Below, piece after piece: positions 15,891 to 32,100 of a DNA stretch of 64,000 nucleotides. A program made the position numbers and the translations under genes. The notes under the pieces were generated by a model. It was not told the DNA's origin and searched no databases. It saw only the letters and a list, made by a program, of their open reading frames with translations. How positions within the stretch are numbered: the first letter of the stretch is position 1; every line of letters begins with the position of its first letter. Location of the stretch: the NCBI RefSeq assembly GCF_009914755.1, contig NC_060946.1. One strand, 5' to 3'. The stretch is from the human T2T-CHM13v2.0 reference genome, Homo sapiens.

Positions 15891-17686
15891 GGGTCACCTC
15901 TCTTATATGTCCCTGTCCCCCACACTTCCTGGCCTGTTGAACGAGTACTCAACAATTGTGCACTAAACTGAATGAATGAATGAGTAACCTAACAACATGA
16001 GAGGCACCTGAGACAGGTCCATGTGTGAGATGGCAATATGCCTCTAGAAGCTACAGAGAGACGGCAGGAAGCTGGGCATCTAGTGAAGGACTAGACAGGG
16101 CCCAAGAGAAGAGTTAGGAAGAGTATCCAGAGCTGGAAAGAAAAGCTTCATGAAATGAAAACAAGACAGAAGGGTGGGAACCCAAGAGCATAGCTGCAGG
16201 GAGAGAGGAAGTGGAAGTCTGGGTTCCATCTCATCCTGTGGGCAGTCTCTCCAAAGCAAGGGAGGCGCTAAGTGAGACTGAGTGTTCCGTGTGGCCAATG
16301 GGACACTTTCTGGCAGGGAATGCAACTGCTTCCTTCTTTTGCTTTTCTACCACTGAGGCTGGACTCCCCCCAAACCCTCAGGGAACTGGCCAGTGCAGCT
16401 GAATGGGCACTGGCCAATGGGTGGGCTTTGATCAAGTTGTGCTGTTGGGTGAGACAGCCAGGCTAGGGGAGGGCAGGAACTTGAACTTCAGCTCCATCAA
16501 CACAGCAACTTCCATCAAAACCAAAGCCACTTAAATGGAAGAAAAATGAAAGGTGAAGCAATGCCATTTTCATGGAGTGTGGAAAAGGGATATTGCGGGA
16601 GATGTCAATTTCGGGCATGATCCAACAATTAGGCCCAGAAGCAGTTGCTTTTCCATTTGTGAACTTGCTGAATGGGCAGTCTTAACACCTGATGCCTTCA
16701 ACAGAACTGGCACAGCACAGCTGATGGCCGTGAACTTGTATGAGGTTTTAAAGCACAATGGAGCCATCAGGCCAGGGTTCAAATCCCACCTCTGCCACTT
16801 AGGAGCTGAATGCCTTGCAGAACAAAATGCTTTAATTAGCCGTTAATTTCCTTTTGTGTCAACTGGGGAAAAGAATACCTATCTGGTTGAACTGCCAAAG
16901 AGCTTAAGTGAGAAAATATAAAGAGTCTGGCGCAGTATTGACATCTAAGAGGAATTCAATAAATGCTAGTTTTATAACAAAGTGGTTAAAAGCAATGGTT
17001 CTGGAGGCTGCCTGCCTGGGTTCCAATTCTGTCATTCAACAGGTATGGGTACATTAACTACTTGGCACCTTTGTTTCCTTCTCTTGGCAAAACGGACACA
17101 GCAATATCTACTTCATAGATTTATGATGATTATGTGACTTAATTCACATACAGTACTCAGAGTAGTTTCTGATATATGGTAACTCCTCAAAAAAAAAAAA
17201 AAAAAAAAAGAGAAAGAGAAAATTCTCTTTATTATTTCTCCTTGTTTGCTTCCCAGATATGATGTCAATTCCTGGTGGTCTTGCTCTCAGTGATATTGAC
17301 AGCCATGTTATTGGTCATCCACCTTTAGAATCTAAACTCTCAGAAAATTATAATGTGAAAAGGAAGGGAAAACAATGGGGGAGACGGCGCCATTGCACTC
17401 CATTGTAGGGACAGCTGGGTCAGTTCTAGTCATCTGGCTGAGGAGGCAGCTTTGATCAGTTTAGCCTGGACACTGGCAGCTTGCAGAAAGGCTGGGCAGC
17501 ACAGGGTGCAGTCAAGTTACAATGAACCTCTCGTTAAAACAAGCCCCAGCCTGTGAATGACCTATTGCCAAATGCCAGGTAGCCTCCTTCCCTGCTAAAA
17601 AAGGGATGGGAAGATGAGAGAGGTTTCCTAGGTACACCTTACAGGATGCTACTGGGGAGAAGAGATTTGGGGCACTTTGCTTTAAG

Positions 17687-17838
17687 CAGTGGTTCTCAAA
17701 CTTGAGTATGCATTAGAATTATCTGGAAGACTGGTTCCAATTCCAGAGTTTCTGATGCAGGAGGTCTGGGCTAGGCTTGAGCCTCTGCATTTCTAACAAG
17801 TTCCTAAGTGATGCTGAAGCCACTGGTCCAGGGACCGC
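17687..17838. mobile_element. MER5-type hAT MITE
   Basis: CAGTGGTTCTCAAACTTGAG...TGCATTTCTAACAAGTTCC. Confidence 0.75.
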
Positions 17839-18319
17839 ATTCTGGAGCCACCGCCCTAGAGGACTTGTAGGGGTGTGGATGTTTTCTCATTCCAGGTGTG
17901 GTAGGGAGCAGATTTCGGCTGCTCAGAGGCTGAAGAGTTTGTTATTTGGAGAGCAGGTGACAATAGCAATTTCTCGGAGACAAGGGCTGTAACTTAGCAC
18001 TTGGCATGATGGCTGGCAAGCTGCTGGCCAGAGCAGCAATCACGGACACAGCAGGCCACACCCCAGCTCTTGTGGCCACAAATGTGGCTGTGAAATGAGT
18101 TCTCGGTTCACTGTGGTATGAAGACGGCAGGAAGGATGCCTTGGAAATGTGTCAGGTGCTCAGCCATCAGACTATGGCATTCATGGGAGACTTATATTAA
18201 GGTTTGGTTTGAAAGTCTCAATTCTGAGGAGCAAGTTTTTACTCTGCATCTTTAAACACTGGTTAAAAAAAAAAAAATTCAGGACTCAATCAGTAGCTGG
18301 ATGGCATTCTGACTGAGAA

Positions 18320-18525
18320 CACAGGTTCCTCAGACCTGGTACGAATCCAGGCTCTGCTATTTACTGGCTGTGTGTCATTGGGCAAGTTATTAAACTTCTC
18401 AGAGCCTCAGTTTCATTATCCATGCAATGGGGATGATAGTATCTGTCACATAGGTTTATTGTGAGAATTAAATATGTAATCACGGTGCCTGGCACATGCT
18501 AAGCACACAATAAGTGGTAGTTATT
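18320..18525 (+). mobile_element. MIR
   Basis: TTGGGCAAGTTATTAAACTTCTCAGAGCCTCAGTTTC...GTGCCTGGCACA. Confidence 0.75.
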
Positions 18526-18904
18526 TCTTTCAGAAAAGAAGGAAGGCTTGGGTTGGGTGGGGGGTTACTAACTCTTCCAGGCCACTTTCCAGAATTCTGG
18601 ATAGAGGAAGAAGCCTGGAGTTTGAGTCTTGGCTCTACTGGGACCTCTCCACTCCTCAGTTTCTTCATCTGTATAAAATGTGAAAAATGATAGCCTCTGA
18701 ACTGTTGAACGAACAACCCACCTCATAAAGTTATTTTCACAAGATAAAGTTTATTTGAGGAAACTTGCTAGAAATTTCTAGAAACTTAATTGTGGTAGGA
18801 AAACCCAAGTTATTAAGACTATAATGTTTTCAGTAAAATTCCGATGGTCTAGAAACGTATGCTTTTTAGCTTCCAGGAAGTGTTGGCCATTCTGACATCA
18901 TTCA

Positions 18905-19255
<351 letters not shown>

Positions 19256-20073
19256 AAGCAAACACCTGGAGCAGGCAGACGTACCAGCCCTCTCTTTAGA
19301 CTGCTCAGTTACGGCACCTAGCAGGCCACCTACTTTCCCCTGGATCACTACATGTAATGCTGCAGCCTGTCCCCAGGACATGGAACCTGTTTGCTCCTGT
19401 GCGGTGGCACAGACTCCTGGGACACTGGGGACAGGTGACAGGGGAGCTCCCTTGCAATGTTCCTGCAGGACTCGGGGGCCTGGGAAAAAAGGAAAATCAG
19501 GGTTCTGTTTGCGACTGTCACTTGGGCAACAGGAAAGCTGGCTGCCACATGTGCTGGGTCACCTTGATGACTTGAAGTTGTTGACACAACGGCTACACGT
19601 CCCCCAGGCCTCAGGGGCTCAAAGAACAGACCACTCATACCACAAATAAAAAGGAAAACTGCCACAGTGGTGCTAATAGAATGAAACCCACCTACCAGAC
19701 GAATGAATGGACAAGCACACAAAAGGGAGAACTCGGAGCCAGGAGATGGCAGCAGGAACCTAAACTGAGTTTAGAAAAAAGGACAAACAGAAATAAGCTA
19801 AACCTTCCTACCCTTCCACCCTCCAAACATGCCTACCCTTCCATCTGAACACATAACGTCTGTCATCCATGCACAAAAAAGTACATGGCACGTACCGGCA
19901 TGGGGAGAGGAGGGAGATTACAAGGACGTTGTCTGGAGAAAGCGGTGCTTTCCTGGCCTCACAATGGACTAAGGCGAGCGACAAACTTCCAGATCGATAG
20001 CTTTGGCATCTGGGTTTCCCAGGAGAAAGAAGGCCTTCGAGCACCCCCAGAGTACAGCAGCTAGAGCCACTCA

Positions 20074-20331
<258 letters not shown>

Positions 20332-20367
20332 TCAGGTCATCCTCTCAATTAAAGATGGGGAAACTGG

Positions 20368-21183
<816 letters not shown>

Positions 21184-21304
21184 TCAACTCCTTGAATTCT
21201 CCAGACTCCAAGCCTTTAAAGCAGCCACAGCCACCCTAGGCAGCCAGTGCTGGTGAGACAGAGCTCTGGTATCTCCCTAAGAGAAAGTTAAAGTCTTGCC
21301 TTAG

Positions 21305-21747
<443 letters not shown>

Positions 21748-22216
21748 AGCATGAGGCTTTTAATAAACACAGACTGGATTTGAACCCTGGCAAGGTCACT
21801 TTATGAGACCTGCCATCCTGGGAAAGCGATTTAGCTCCTCACTACCTTTGGTCCCTCGTCCCTAAAATGATGGCAATAACATCTACCTCCTGTGGACCGA
21901 ACAAGGTCGTCATATACTGCCACTTGGCACACCTGGCCGGGGCAGGCATGCTGGGACAAGTGGTCACTATTACACTGCAGTGCTATCACGACTCCCTGGC
22001 TTGGATATTCTGTGATCACTCTTGGCCAGGACCTAGGAATTCATTCTGGCTCCTGCTTGGACACTGACCTTTGGGTCTCAGGGTCATCATGGCTGTCTGT
22101 TTCCATCTCTGAGATACAGAAAGCAGCCTTTCCTGGGGAAAAGGTAGGCATTGTAAGGCATTTTGAAAAACCACTGAAAGCAGCAGCCCTCCTTGGCCAT
22201 ACAACTGTCCATTGAA

Positions 22217-22525
<309 letters not shown>

Positions 22526-24087
22526 CTTGTCCTCCATTGCTGTATTATTAAAGTCACTTCACTCAACCAGACGTTGAGCCTGTGCATTAGCAGGGACTAG
22601 AGCTGGCGTGCAAAGAGGAATCATACCATAAGGAAGTGACTAAGTTAGCCCAGGCCTGAATGGGACAAAACAGGGTGGCAGTCCCAGAAGGACACAGGAC
22701 ATCAGCAGGGCTTCGTATCATTGAATAATGAGGGGGAACCTGGATCAGGTCAGAATAAGGACAGTTTCCTAAAACCATCCGTGGTTAATGGATCTCACCA
22801 GCTCCCAGTAGAGAGGGGGTGGTTGGGATGGGCTGGAAGTTCATTTTGGAACCCTCTGAATATCATTTGCAGTTCACTCTTTACCATAGTGCTCATGTTA
22901 ACTATATACCAAATAATATATAGCTCTCTCACCACTATTCCAGAGGAGGTTCGTAAAGGACGACAGCAAGATACAGAGTGTGGACGAGCTCTACTTAGCC
23001 AGTCTGAGGACCAGAGGTTTGAGTCAGCCTGTCCCAGCCTGGATTCTTCTCCCGCTTTGTCTGTCTGAACAATGTTAGTTTTCAAACATCCAAGATTCCC
23101 TCCTCTGTGGCCAGGCATCTAGTGTCAGCTAGCACTCTCTTTTGTATCAATCCTCTATTGGATAGGGGCAGAGCTAGGCTATTTACCTTTCCCCCTGGAG
23201 AGGTGGGTACCTTATCTATTGATTCTGGGTATTGGGGGTGGGATATATGGATCTAAAGAATATACTTGGACCAAGACAGCAAAGCCCTTGGAATCCCTGG
23301 GGCAGGGGGGAAGGTGTCCCAGTATTGGTGGGTGGTTGCTACCCATTCAGCAATCACCCAGCACCTATGATGTGCCAGGCACTTGAAGATACAGGGTGAA
23401 AAGAACAAGCAAAGTCTCTGCCCGCATGGTGCTTACATTCATATAAACGTCTCGAGATGCTAGAAGCCTAAGGACAAATCTCTCTAAACTGGGGCCCCAG
23501 ATTGCATTTGTAGCTGATTATTTTAGAATACAATGCTATAGAAACAGAATAGAAGGCTGCGAGGGCAGAACTATAAAGGGAATGGGCAAGATATAAAGAC
23601 ACATACACATATATACACGATGGATACAGAGATCTACAAACATGGATGTTTGTATCTATATAAGGATCAAGTTACTATTATCATCAGTTGCTATAGGAGC
23701 TGCTTCTTAGAGATTAATTCCTGCTAGAAAATAATTCCCCTTTCTATGGGGGCAACCTGCCCCTATACATAGAAGCAAGCTCTCAGAGCTCTCTGCCTGC
23801 CCTACCTGCACCCCTGGCAAGGGCAGGTTGTTTAGGATTAGACACTTGACCCAGGCTGAGCACATCAGTTTCTTACTCTTGGAAATTTGAATAGAAATAG
23901 AGACTGGGAAAGCACAGAATTGACTTTCAGTGATGACAGACCATGCTCTAAAGACTTCTGAACTGCTGCAGAGGGGCCCAGAGCTGCCCTGGTTAATTGC
24001 TGTCTTATGTGTTGGTTTTCCAAGTCCTAGTTTGATTCTATAAGATAACCCATCCATTATTTGCTTTGTTTTTCTTTGATTTGTTTG

Positions 24088-24209
24088 TATTTTACTTAAG
24101 CTACCTGGTATTAGTTTCTGTTGCCTGCAACTAAACAACCCTAACCAATATACTGGAAGACCCAAAGCAGACAGACTCAGCAAGCAGCATGCCTCACAAT
24201 TACAGTCCT
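24088..24209 (+). repeat. Copy A of a 122-bp inverted local duplication (partner 25433-25554)
   Basis: Manual alignment: 13 mismatches over the 104-bp core. Confidence 0.9.
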
Positions 24210-24962
24210 AGCAAGCCTTATTTCCCTCTGCATAGATAGCACCAGATTCCAGAGTGCTTTCTGCAAACTCCCTTTCATCTCACTAAAATACAAACTGCCA
24301 CAAAGATGGATCTGTCACCAGATAGATCTATTTCAGAGTCAGTTCAAGTAGGTTTCAATACCGATGTCCTGAAAGGGTCTCATTATGAAGTTGTTTCAGC
24401 AATAAACAAGGCTTCATGGTACAAACTCTGAGCTCATCTGTTTATTGAGAAGGTAACAGCAGCCTGGGTCTTTCTGTTCTGTGTTCTGTTAGTACATCTT
24501 ACCCTGGATGGGGCTTGCTGTCTTAGGGGTCAACAATTTGCAGCCATTAGTTCTCTGGAAAGTGAGTCCTGCAGAGGATAGAATGCAGAGTCTTCCAGGA
24601 ACAGTGGGGCAGGACGATGAGTGAGAAAGCTGGGCGAACAGCCAGGAGACTTCAGTTCTAGGCCCACCCTGAGAAGCTGAGTGACTTTGGGTTACTCTAT
24701 TACTCTTTAGATTGCTAAATGTAGATTATTAAGATGGAAGCTTTGGAGGACAGTCAGGTGTAGTGGTCATTAGACAAGGCGTCTAGCTCTGACTCTACTA
24801 GGCTGTCTTCTTGGGCAAGTCACTTTCACTATTTTGAGTCCTGGGGTTGATGCACTTGAAAAATATGTTGATGAGGATAAGCACAGTGCTTGTGGAAGGG
24901 CTTGCTACAAGGCCTGGCACACATTAAGCACGGGGTACATGATGCCTATGATGGTTCCCTTT

Positions 24963-25432
24963 CTGTATCAGATGGCCCAGGCTATGGCGCCCAGTTACTG
25001 GGTCACATACTAGTCCAGACACTGCTGTGCAAGTGTTTCATAGACGTGTTAAACTGCAATTACTTTTGCACCAACCTAATAGCTAACATGTACAATCAGT
25101 TACCTTTAAGGAAAGGAGATTTCCCTTGATAATGTGGGTGGGCCTCATCTAATCAGTTGAAGGCCTTAAGAACAAAAACTGAGTTTCCCAGAGAAGACGG
25201 AATACTGCCTTAGGACAGTAACACAGAAATCCTGCCTCAGTTTCCAGCCTGCTGGCCTGCTCTGTCAATTTCAGACTTGCCAACCCCACAACAGTGTGAG
25301 CCAATCCCTTAAGCTCTGTCAATCTATCAGTACACATATCACTATCTAGCTCTGCATATTGATACATATATTACTATCTATAGGATATACTATATACATC
25401 TCCTATTGGCTCTGTGTCTCTGGAGACCCCTG
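24963..25432 (+). mobile_element. MLT2 (ERVL) LTR
   Basis: AATGTGGGTGGGCCTCATCTAATCAGTTGAAGGCCTTAAG...CTCCTATTGGCTCTGTGTCTCTGGAGACCCCTGA. Confidence 0.8.
25051..25081 (-). mobile_element. Solo Hsmar1/MADE1 terminal inverted repeat
   Basis: Reverse complement TATTAGGTTGGTGCAAAAGTAATTGCAGTTT matches the Hsmar1 TIR. Confidence 0.85.
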
Positions 25433-25554
25433 AGGACTGTGCTGGTAAGACATGCTGCTTACTGAGTCTGTCTACTGTGGGTCTTGTAATATATTGCTTA
25501 GGGTTGTTTAGCTGCAAGCAACAGAAATTAATACCAGGTACCTTACCTAAAATA
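25433..25554 (-). repeat. Copy B of the 122-bp inverted local duplication
   Basis: Reverse complement aligns to 24088-24209. Confidence 0.9.
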
Positions 25555-25805
25555 AAAAGTGTCCTAATTCCGACCTGGTCCAGATTCCTCCTCATCATTC
25601 AATGATACCAAGCTCTATTGATGTCCTTCTTGGACTGCCACTCTGTTCTTGTCCCCTACATGGGCCTGAGCTGACACAGTCTCTTCCTTATGGTCTGACT
25701 CCTCTTTGCAGACCAGCTCCAGTCCCTGCCTATGCACAGGTTCAAAGTTTTGTTGCCCTTGTCTTGTCCAAGACACTTGCAAGAACATTCACAAACCTAC
25801 TATAG

Positions 25806-26130
<325 letters not shown>

Positions 26131-27630
26131 GGACCAAGGAGTTCTTAAAACAATATAAATAACTCAGAACCTTGCTGATACAATGGGAAGCCCTGTGAAC
26201 ATAAGTGACTTGGAGCCAGACAGCAGCAGCTTCCAAACCTGACTGCTCCTCTCTCTCCTGACTTCAGGCCCATTCTGCAACCTCTCCCAACCACAGGTTC
26301 CCCATCTTAAATGGAGATAATAAAGGCTTATCTCTCATCTCTCAGGGCTCTAGAGCCCAAAGCAGTGCCTGACTTAGAATTAACTCATTAACAAACAAGT
26401 CCCCTTCCCCTGTCACAGCTGAGCCTACTGGTGCATCCAAGGCAAGAGAATGGGCGAGAGTGAAGGAGGATTCAGAGAAGTCAACATACTACTTACAACC
26501 AGGGAAGACTTCTGCTTGCTCATCTACAGAAACAGAACTTATGAGATCTCGGTCTCTAGCCAGCCCTCTGAGTCCCTCTTTGTAACAAAAACAATTCAGG
26601 TGTTGCTCACAGAGTAAATTCACCTTTTCCAGCGTGGCAGAGCTAACCAGTGGGGAAACTGTGAATTTGATAAAGGTTATCCTCCAAAGCCCCCCACAGC
26701 CTCCTCTTCTGTATATCTTTTTTCCCCGAGCCCCTCCTCTCAGCTCACTCAGGTATATGGGTAGTTCGTATCCTCTTTTGCTCCAATCTGGCAAAACTGG
26801 CGAGCAGGGGAGGGGATGTGAGTGTGAGTGAGCAGTGAGGCTTCCTATGCCAAATGAAGGGGTAGGGGTGGGTGCAGATGGTAGGCTTGCCCGGGTTCTG
26901 CATAAACCAAAGAAACAGCATGGATGGAAGGGCAGAGTATTAGCTGGATGGGTTTCCCTGGTGCTACGGTGGCATGGAATTACCAATCCTCAACCTGACC
27001 CTGGCTGTTGATCTCTTTCACATACATACACACCTCCCTCCCTCCATCTCATTCTCTCTTTTTAACTCCATCCTTTCCTCTAGAGGCAGGTCCCTGTAAC
27101 CAGGGAAACAGCCCAGGTTCCTGGCATGAAGAGATTACGGGAAAGTGTCTCGGAAGACATAAGGAAACGCCGTGCACTGCCTAGTTCTGACAACTTCACC
27201 TCCTCGGAGTCACAGTGGTTCACATTCTAGAGGCAGGCTGCTCGGGTCTGCATCCTGGCTAACTACTTAATTAATCTCTTGGTTCTGCAATTTCCGTATC
27301 TGTAACATGGAATATCTATAAAATGGGAGTCAGGTAGAACGAGAAGAGGAGCCAGCAATGGGAACTCCTGGGAGGGACCAAGAAGATTGAAGAACCACAA
27401 AGAGACTGCGATGAGCACCTAAAAGCCAGGAGAAAATAAAACGTGTGCCATGGAGGAGTCACCGGCAGTTGGAGGTGGCTGAGAAGTCAAATGAGATGAG
27501 AGCTGGGGGCTGGCAGCTGGGTTTGGCAACATGGAGGTCGCTGGTGGCATCTTCCCTGACTGCTAGCATCTAGGGCACCAGTCAAGTAGGTGGGTGTGAG
27601 GGCCATGGCCATTTAGAAGTTCCCTTCCCA

Positions 27631-27962
<332 letters not shown>

Positions 27963-28342
27963 TCAACACAGTGCAAGGCTGGATTGCTAATCAGGAAAAG
28001 GATCCATGTCACAACGCTGGCCAATTTAGTTTCATCTTAAGTGTCTAGAAAAATTAACCTATGTTGGTCCACAGGAGAGGATATAAGGAAAACTCTACGA
28101 CCAACACCTAACTCCTTCACAGTGAGTGAAGACCCGGGAGAAGAGACCCTTGTGGTCCAATCAGACCCATCCTGGAGTCCCACAATGGTCACGATTTGCC
28201 TGAAAATGGGATTCCAGTTACTTGCCAGTTTCCACCAAAGGAAGAACTCCCTAAATCCTGTCTGTCTACCCTTATGCATTCTCCTCTATTCAGCATTCCC
28301 TGAAATAACTTCCTCCTCTCTCACTGGTGCGTGCTTAGGTAT

Positions 28343-29160
28343 TGTGCTATGGTGTCCCCCAACATTCATGTGTTGGAAGCTTAATTCCCAATGCAGCAGC
28401 AGAGGTGGGGCCTTATGGGAGGTGTTTAGGTCATGAGGGCCCCACCCTCATGAATACATTAATGCATAATGTATTCATTACATTAATACATTTAATACAT
28501 AATGTATTACATCAATACATACATAATGTATTACATCAATACATTTAATACATAATGATTAAAAAAAAAAAAGCTTGACAAGAGAGAGTTTGGTCCCATT
28601 TTTTTTGCCTTTCCACCTTCTTCCACGTGAGAACATGGCGTTCCTCCCCTCTGCAGGATGCAGTGTTCAAAGAACCATCTTGGGGCCGGGCGTGGTGGCT
28701 CACACCTATAATCCCAGCACTTTGGGAGGCCGAGGTTGGGGGATAACCTAAGGTCAGGGGTTAGACACCAGCTTGGCCAACATAGTGAAACCCCGTCTCT
28801 ATTAAAAATACAAAAAATTAGCCAGGCATGGTGGCACACACCTATAATCTCAGCTACGCAGGAGGCTGATGCAGGAGAATCGCTTGAACCAGGGAGGCGG
28901 AGGTTGCAATGAGCCGAGATCGTGCCACTGTACTCCAGTCTGGGTGACAGAGTGAGACTCTGTCTCAAAACAAAAACAAACACAAACAAACAAAACCCAC
29001 AAAGAACCATCTTGGCAGCAGAGAGCAGCCCTCCCAGACAACGAATCTGCCACCAAGTTTGTTCTGACTTCCAAGCCTCTAGAACCATGGGGAATACATT
29101 TCTAAAAAATTACCCAGTCTCCAGTATTCTGTTATAGCACCACAAAACGAACTAGGACAT
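28343..29160 (+). mobile_element. MST-type MaLR LTR with an internal AT-rich expansion and a nested Alu
   Basis: TGCTATGG...GAGGTGTTTAGGTCATGAGGGC...TTACCCAGTCTCCAGTATTCTGTTATAGCA...ACTAGGACA. Confidence 0.8.
28684..28997 (+). mobile_element. Alu nested in the MST LTR
   Basis: TSD AAGAACCATCTTG on both sides. Confidence 0.95.
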
Positions 29161-32100
29161 ATTACAAACCCAATTTGATGCCATCTTCAAGAAAACAAAA
29201 TTAGAAAAATAATCCATCACTGAGGTTAAGAAAAGGAGAGAGCACAGTCAAATTTAAACAGGGACAAAGGATTCTGGAAGTATCTCTTTTTTGTGTCTTT
29301 CTATACTGGGGGGTTTGGGGGGCAACCTCAAGCAGCTGCAGGGCCAGGCCAGTGATGTGGATAATGGTGCAGGCTGATGGGGAGAGAGCACGATGTTCAA
29401 TGGCAAAGGATGCCAGGCTTACATGTCGAGGAGACAAAAGGGAGAGGGGAGAGCAGGGGATGGGATAAACAGGAGAGTCCACGCCTAGCTGCTCCTCAAT
29501 TCCAGCTGTGTGCCTGACATATGGGATTGGAGCCACAGAGTCTGATATTTCAAGAGGAGCCAACTGAAATTATCTTCAGCACACCTGATGGCTGGGTACC
29601 TCTCGTGGCATGCCAGTTTGAAGGGAGGCTGAACAGTGAGAAAAAAAGAGCATGATCTTTTTAATCGGATGATGTAGATTCCATCTTAATTCCACTACTT
29701 CCCTAACTGTGCAATCATGGGCCATTTTCTTAACACCCCGGGCTTTTGTTTCCTTATCTTGATAATAATAAATGCTTTATGGACTTGGTGATTAAGAGAA
29801 CTAAGATAATATATTCATCAATTAATGAATATTAATGAAGCCAACACCTAAACCTTGGGCACAGAGCTAAATGAACACATATAACTTTGTCCATGCATAG
29901 CTCACAGTGTAGGGAGGGAGGAAGACAGAAGCATACTCCTCTCTGTGTGCAGAGTCATGGAAGACTTCTCATCACTGAGATGTGTTCCAATCAAGAAGCA
30001 GGAGTTAGCCAGTCAGGAAAGGGTGTTCCAGGTTATTTGCAAAGCTCTGATAACGAGAAAGCATATAGGATTGGAGAAACTGAATTTCTCAGCACCTGCC
30101 TGGTATACTGTAGGTGGTTGATAAATTATAATAAATGCTTACATGCATTGAGTTTCAAGCCCCATGCTAAGTGCTTTATATGCATTACTTCTCTTAATTA
30201 TTGCAACCTATGACTTACATACTCATATTTTCAGTTTAATGATAAAGATATTAAAGTTCTGAGAGGTTAACAAGTAACTACCACACAGCTAGTAGTTATC
30301 ATCATCATCATATAATGATATTAATGAAGTCTGCACCAGCTTAAAATTAAGCAGGAAAGATCAATAACCACAAGATGTATTGGGACCAAGTCTGTTAATG
30401 CAGTGATTGTGTCTGTCTTCCCAACCTTGCAACTGGAAAAATGAACTTCTTTGAGTTCATGGGTCAAGGCAGTAGTGGGAGAGTGGTTAGGAATGGCAAA
30501 AAGGGAGAAGGCAGGAGGCTACGATCTGTGTACCTATGCTCCTTAAATGCAATCTCATCCACATGGCAGATTCCACCTTGAATGAGCAAAGTGGAGCGGA
30601 GGTCAGAAAACAAAGAGTATTATGAGATTGGGAACATGTGTACTGATCCTACATGTCACTGGCTTATACTGAGCCTCCTATACTGGCTATTTCCTTTCAT
30701 TACCACCCATGAGTCTCTCAAACTATTATAATCTGTCTTTGACTCTGTGGATCTGGCCAAAGTCAGCAATGTCCCCTCACTGTCAAGTCTAACAGATTTA
30801 TCCATTCTCACCTTGTTTGAATTATCTCTGCATTTAGCACTAATGACCACTCCTACTAGCCTTATTTCAAGAAGCCCATCCCATAATTCTGAAGGCATCT
30901 TTCTACTCTCTCTTTTCTCACCAGGATGACTGACTTTCAGCCCACTGGATGCTGGTAACCATTTGGGACCTCTTGTGGCCCCTACTCCTCGGGCAGGGGT
31001 TGGGGAATTCCCCATCTCTGCCACTCAGGTTTCCACGCCTGTAACAGAAATGCCCGTGCTGACTTCTTTGCGGTGTTGCAATAAATGGCTGAGGCCAATG
31101 CTGACAAGTGACAAACTATTGGGAATCGCAGGGCTGAAGGCACTGGGGCTGCTGTCAGAATGCTGGGAGAGAACCAGACTTGTCAGCTCTCGGAGCCCTG
31201 GGTTTCCACAGCCCTGTTCTGCAGCATCAAATGTCAGAGAGCCCACTGTTTAATCAAACCTGAGTCGTAAGAAATCCATGTGGTTCTCATACAAGTTCCC
31301 AGGGACTCCTATGAAAGTTATATTAAAAGGGGACAGGAGGAGATAAAGAAACCTGTGCTGGAGTGTGCATCTGTTTCAGAAACCCTGGAACAGCACTGAT
31401 TTCTCTCAAGATTTAGTGCATAGCCAGTTAGAAAAACCGGCCTCCCCGTACCTCCCTTCCCCACCTCCATGGGCCTTGATGTGTCTCCTTTCATGCTCCC
31501 CTTCATGTTGGGTCTGCATCTTCTTTGGGACTGGTTCATCCTAGACTGTTTCGCTCACTGGTGGTGGCTGCCTGTGCATGTACCTCTCAGCCCTGCTGGG
31601 CTTGAGGTCTGGGGTGAGCCTCTGTTCATGGTTACGTTTCCAGGTCCTGCACAGTGCCAGGCAAACGGTAGGCACTCAGTAAGTGTATAGGGAATGGAGG
31701 AATCTATTTGTAACTGCCCTATGCGGTAGAGAGGATGGGACTGTGAAGAGGCCTCTTTGGAAATGACAAAGACCTGAGTTGACACGATAGCTCTGCCACT
31801 TAAATACATATGACCTTTGGGCAAACTTAACTTCTGTGTTTTAATCTCACTTGTATAATGGGAATAAAAGCACTTATCTTTGACTAGGTTGTCCTAAAAA
31901 AGATAACATTTGCCCAGGGCCTAGCACAGCACCTGCCACGAGACAGGGCACTTATAAACAGTGTTTTTTCCTTCCTGGGTCCTTTACAGACGGTCATGCA
32001 CTCATATTCTCGTGGATGCTCGTAAGAAGTGGATCAGCCAGTGGGGGTTAAAGAGAAAGCAGAGGCCTGGGTCTGAGATGCACCATCATTTTCTTATTTT

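Noticed and set aside
29811-29832. ATATTCAT/ATGAATAT hairpin
   Set aside because: An 8-bp AT-rich stem is expected by chance.
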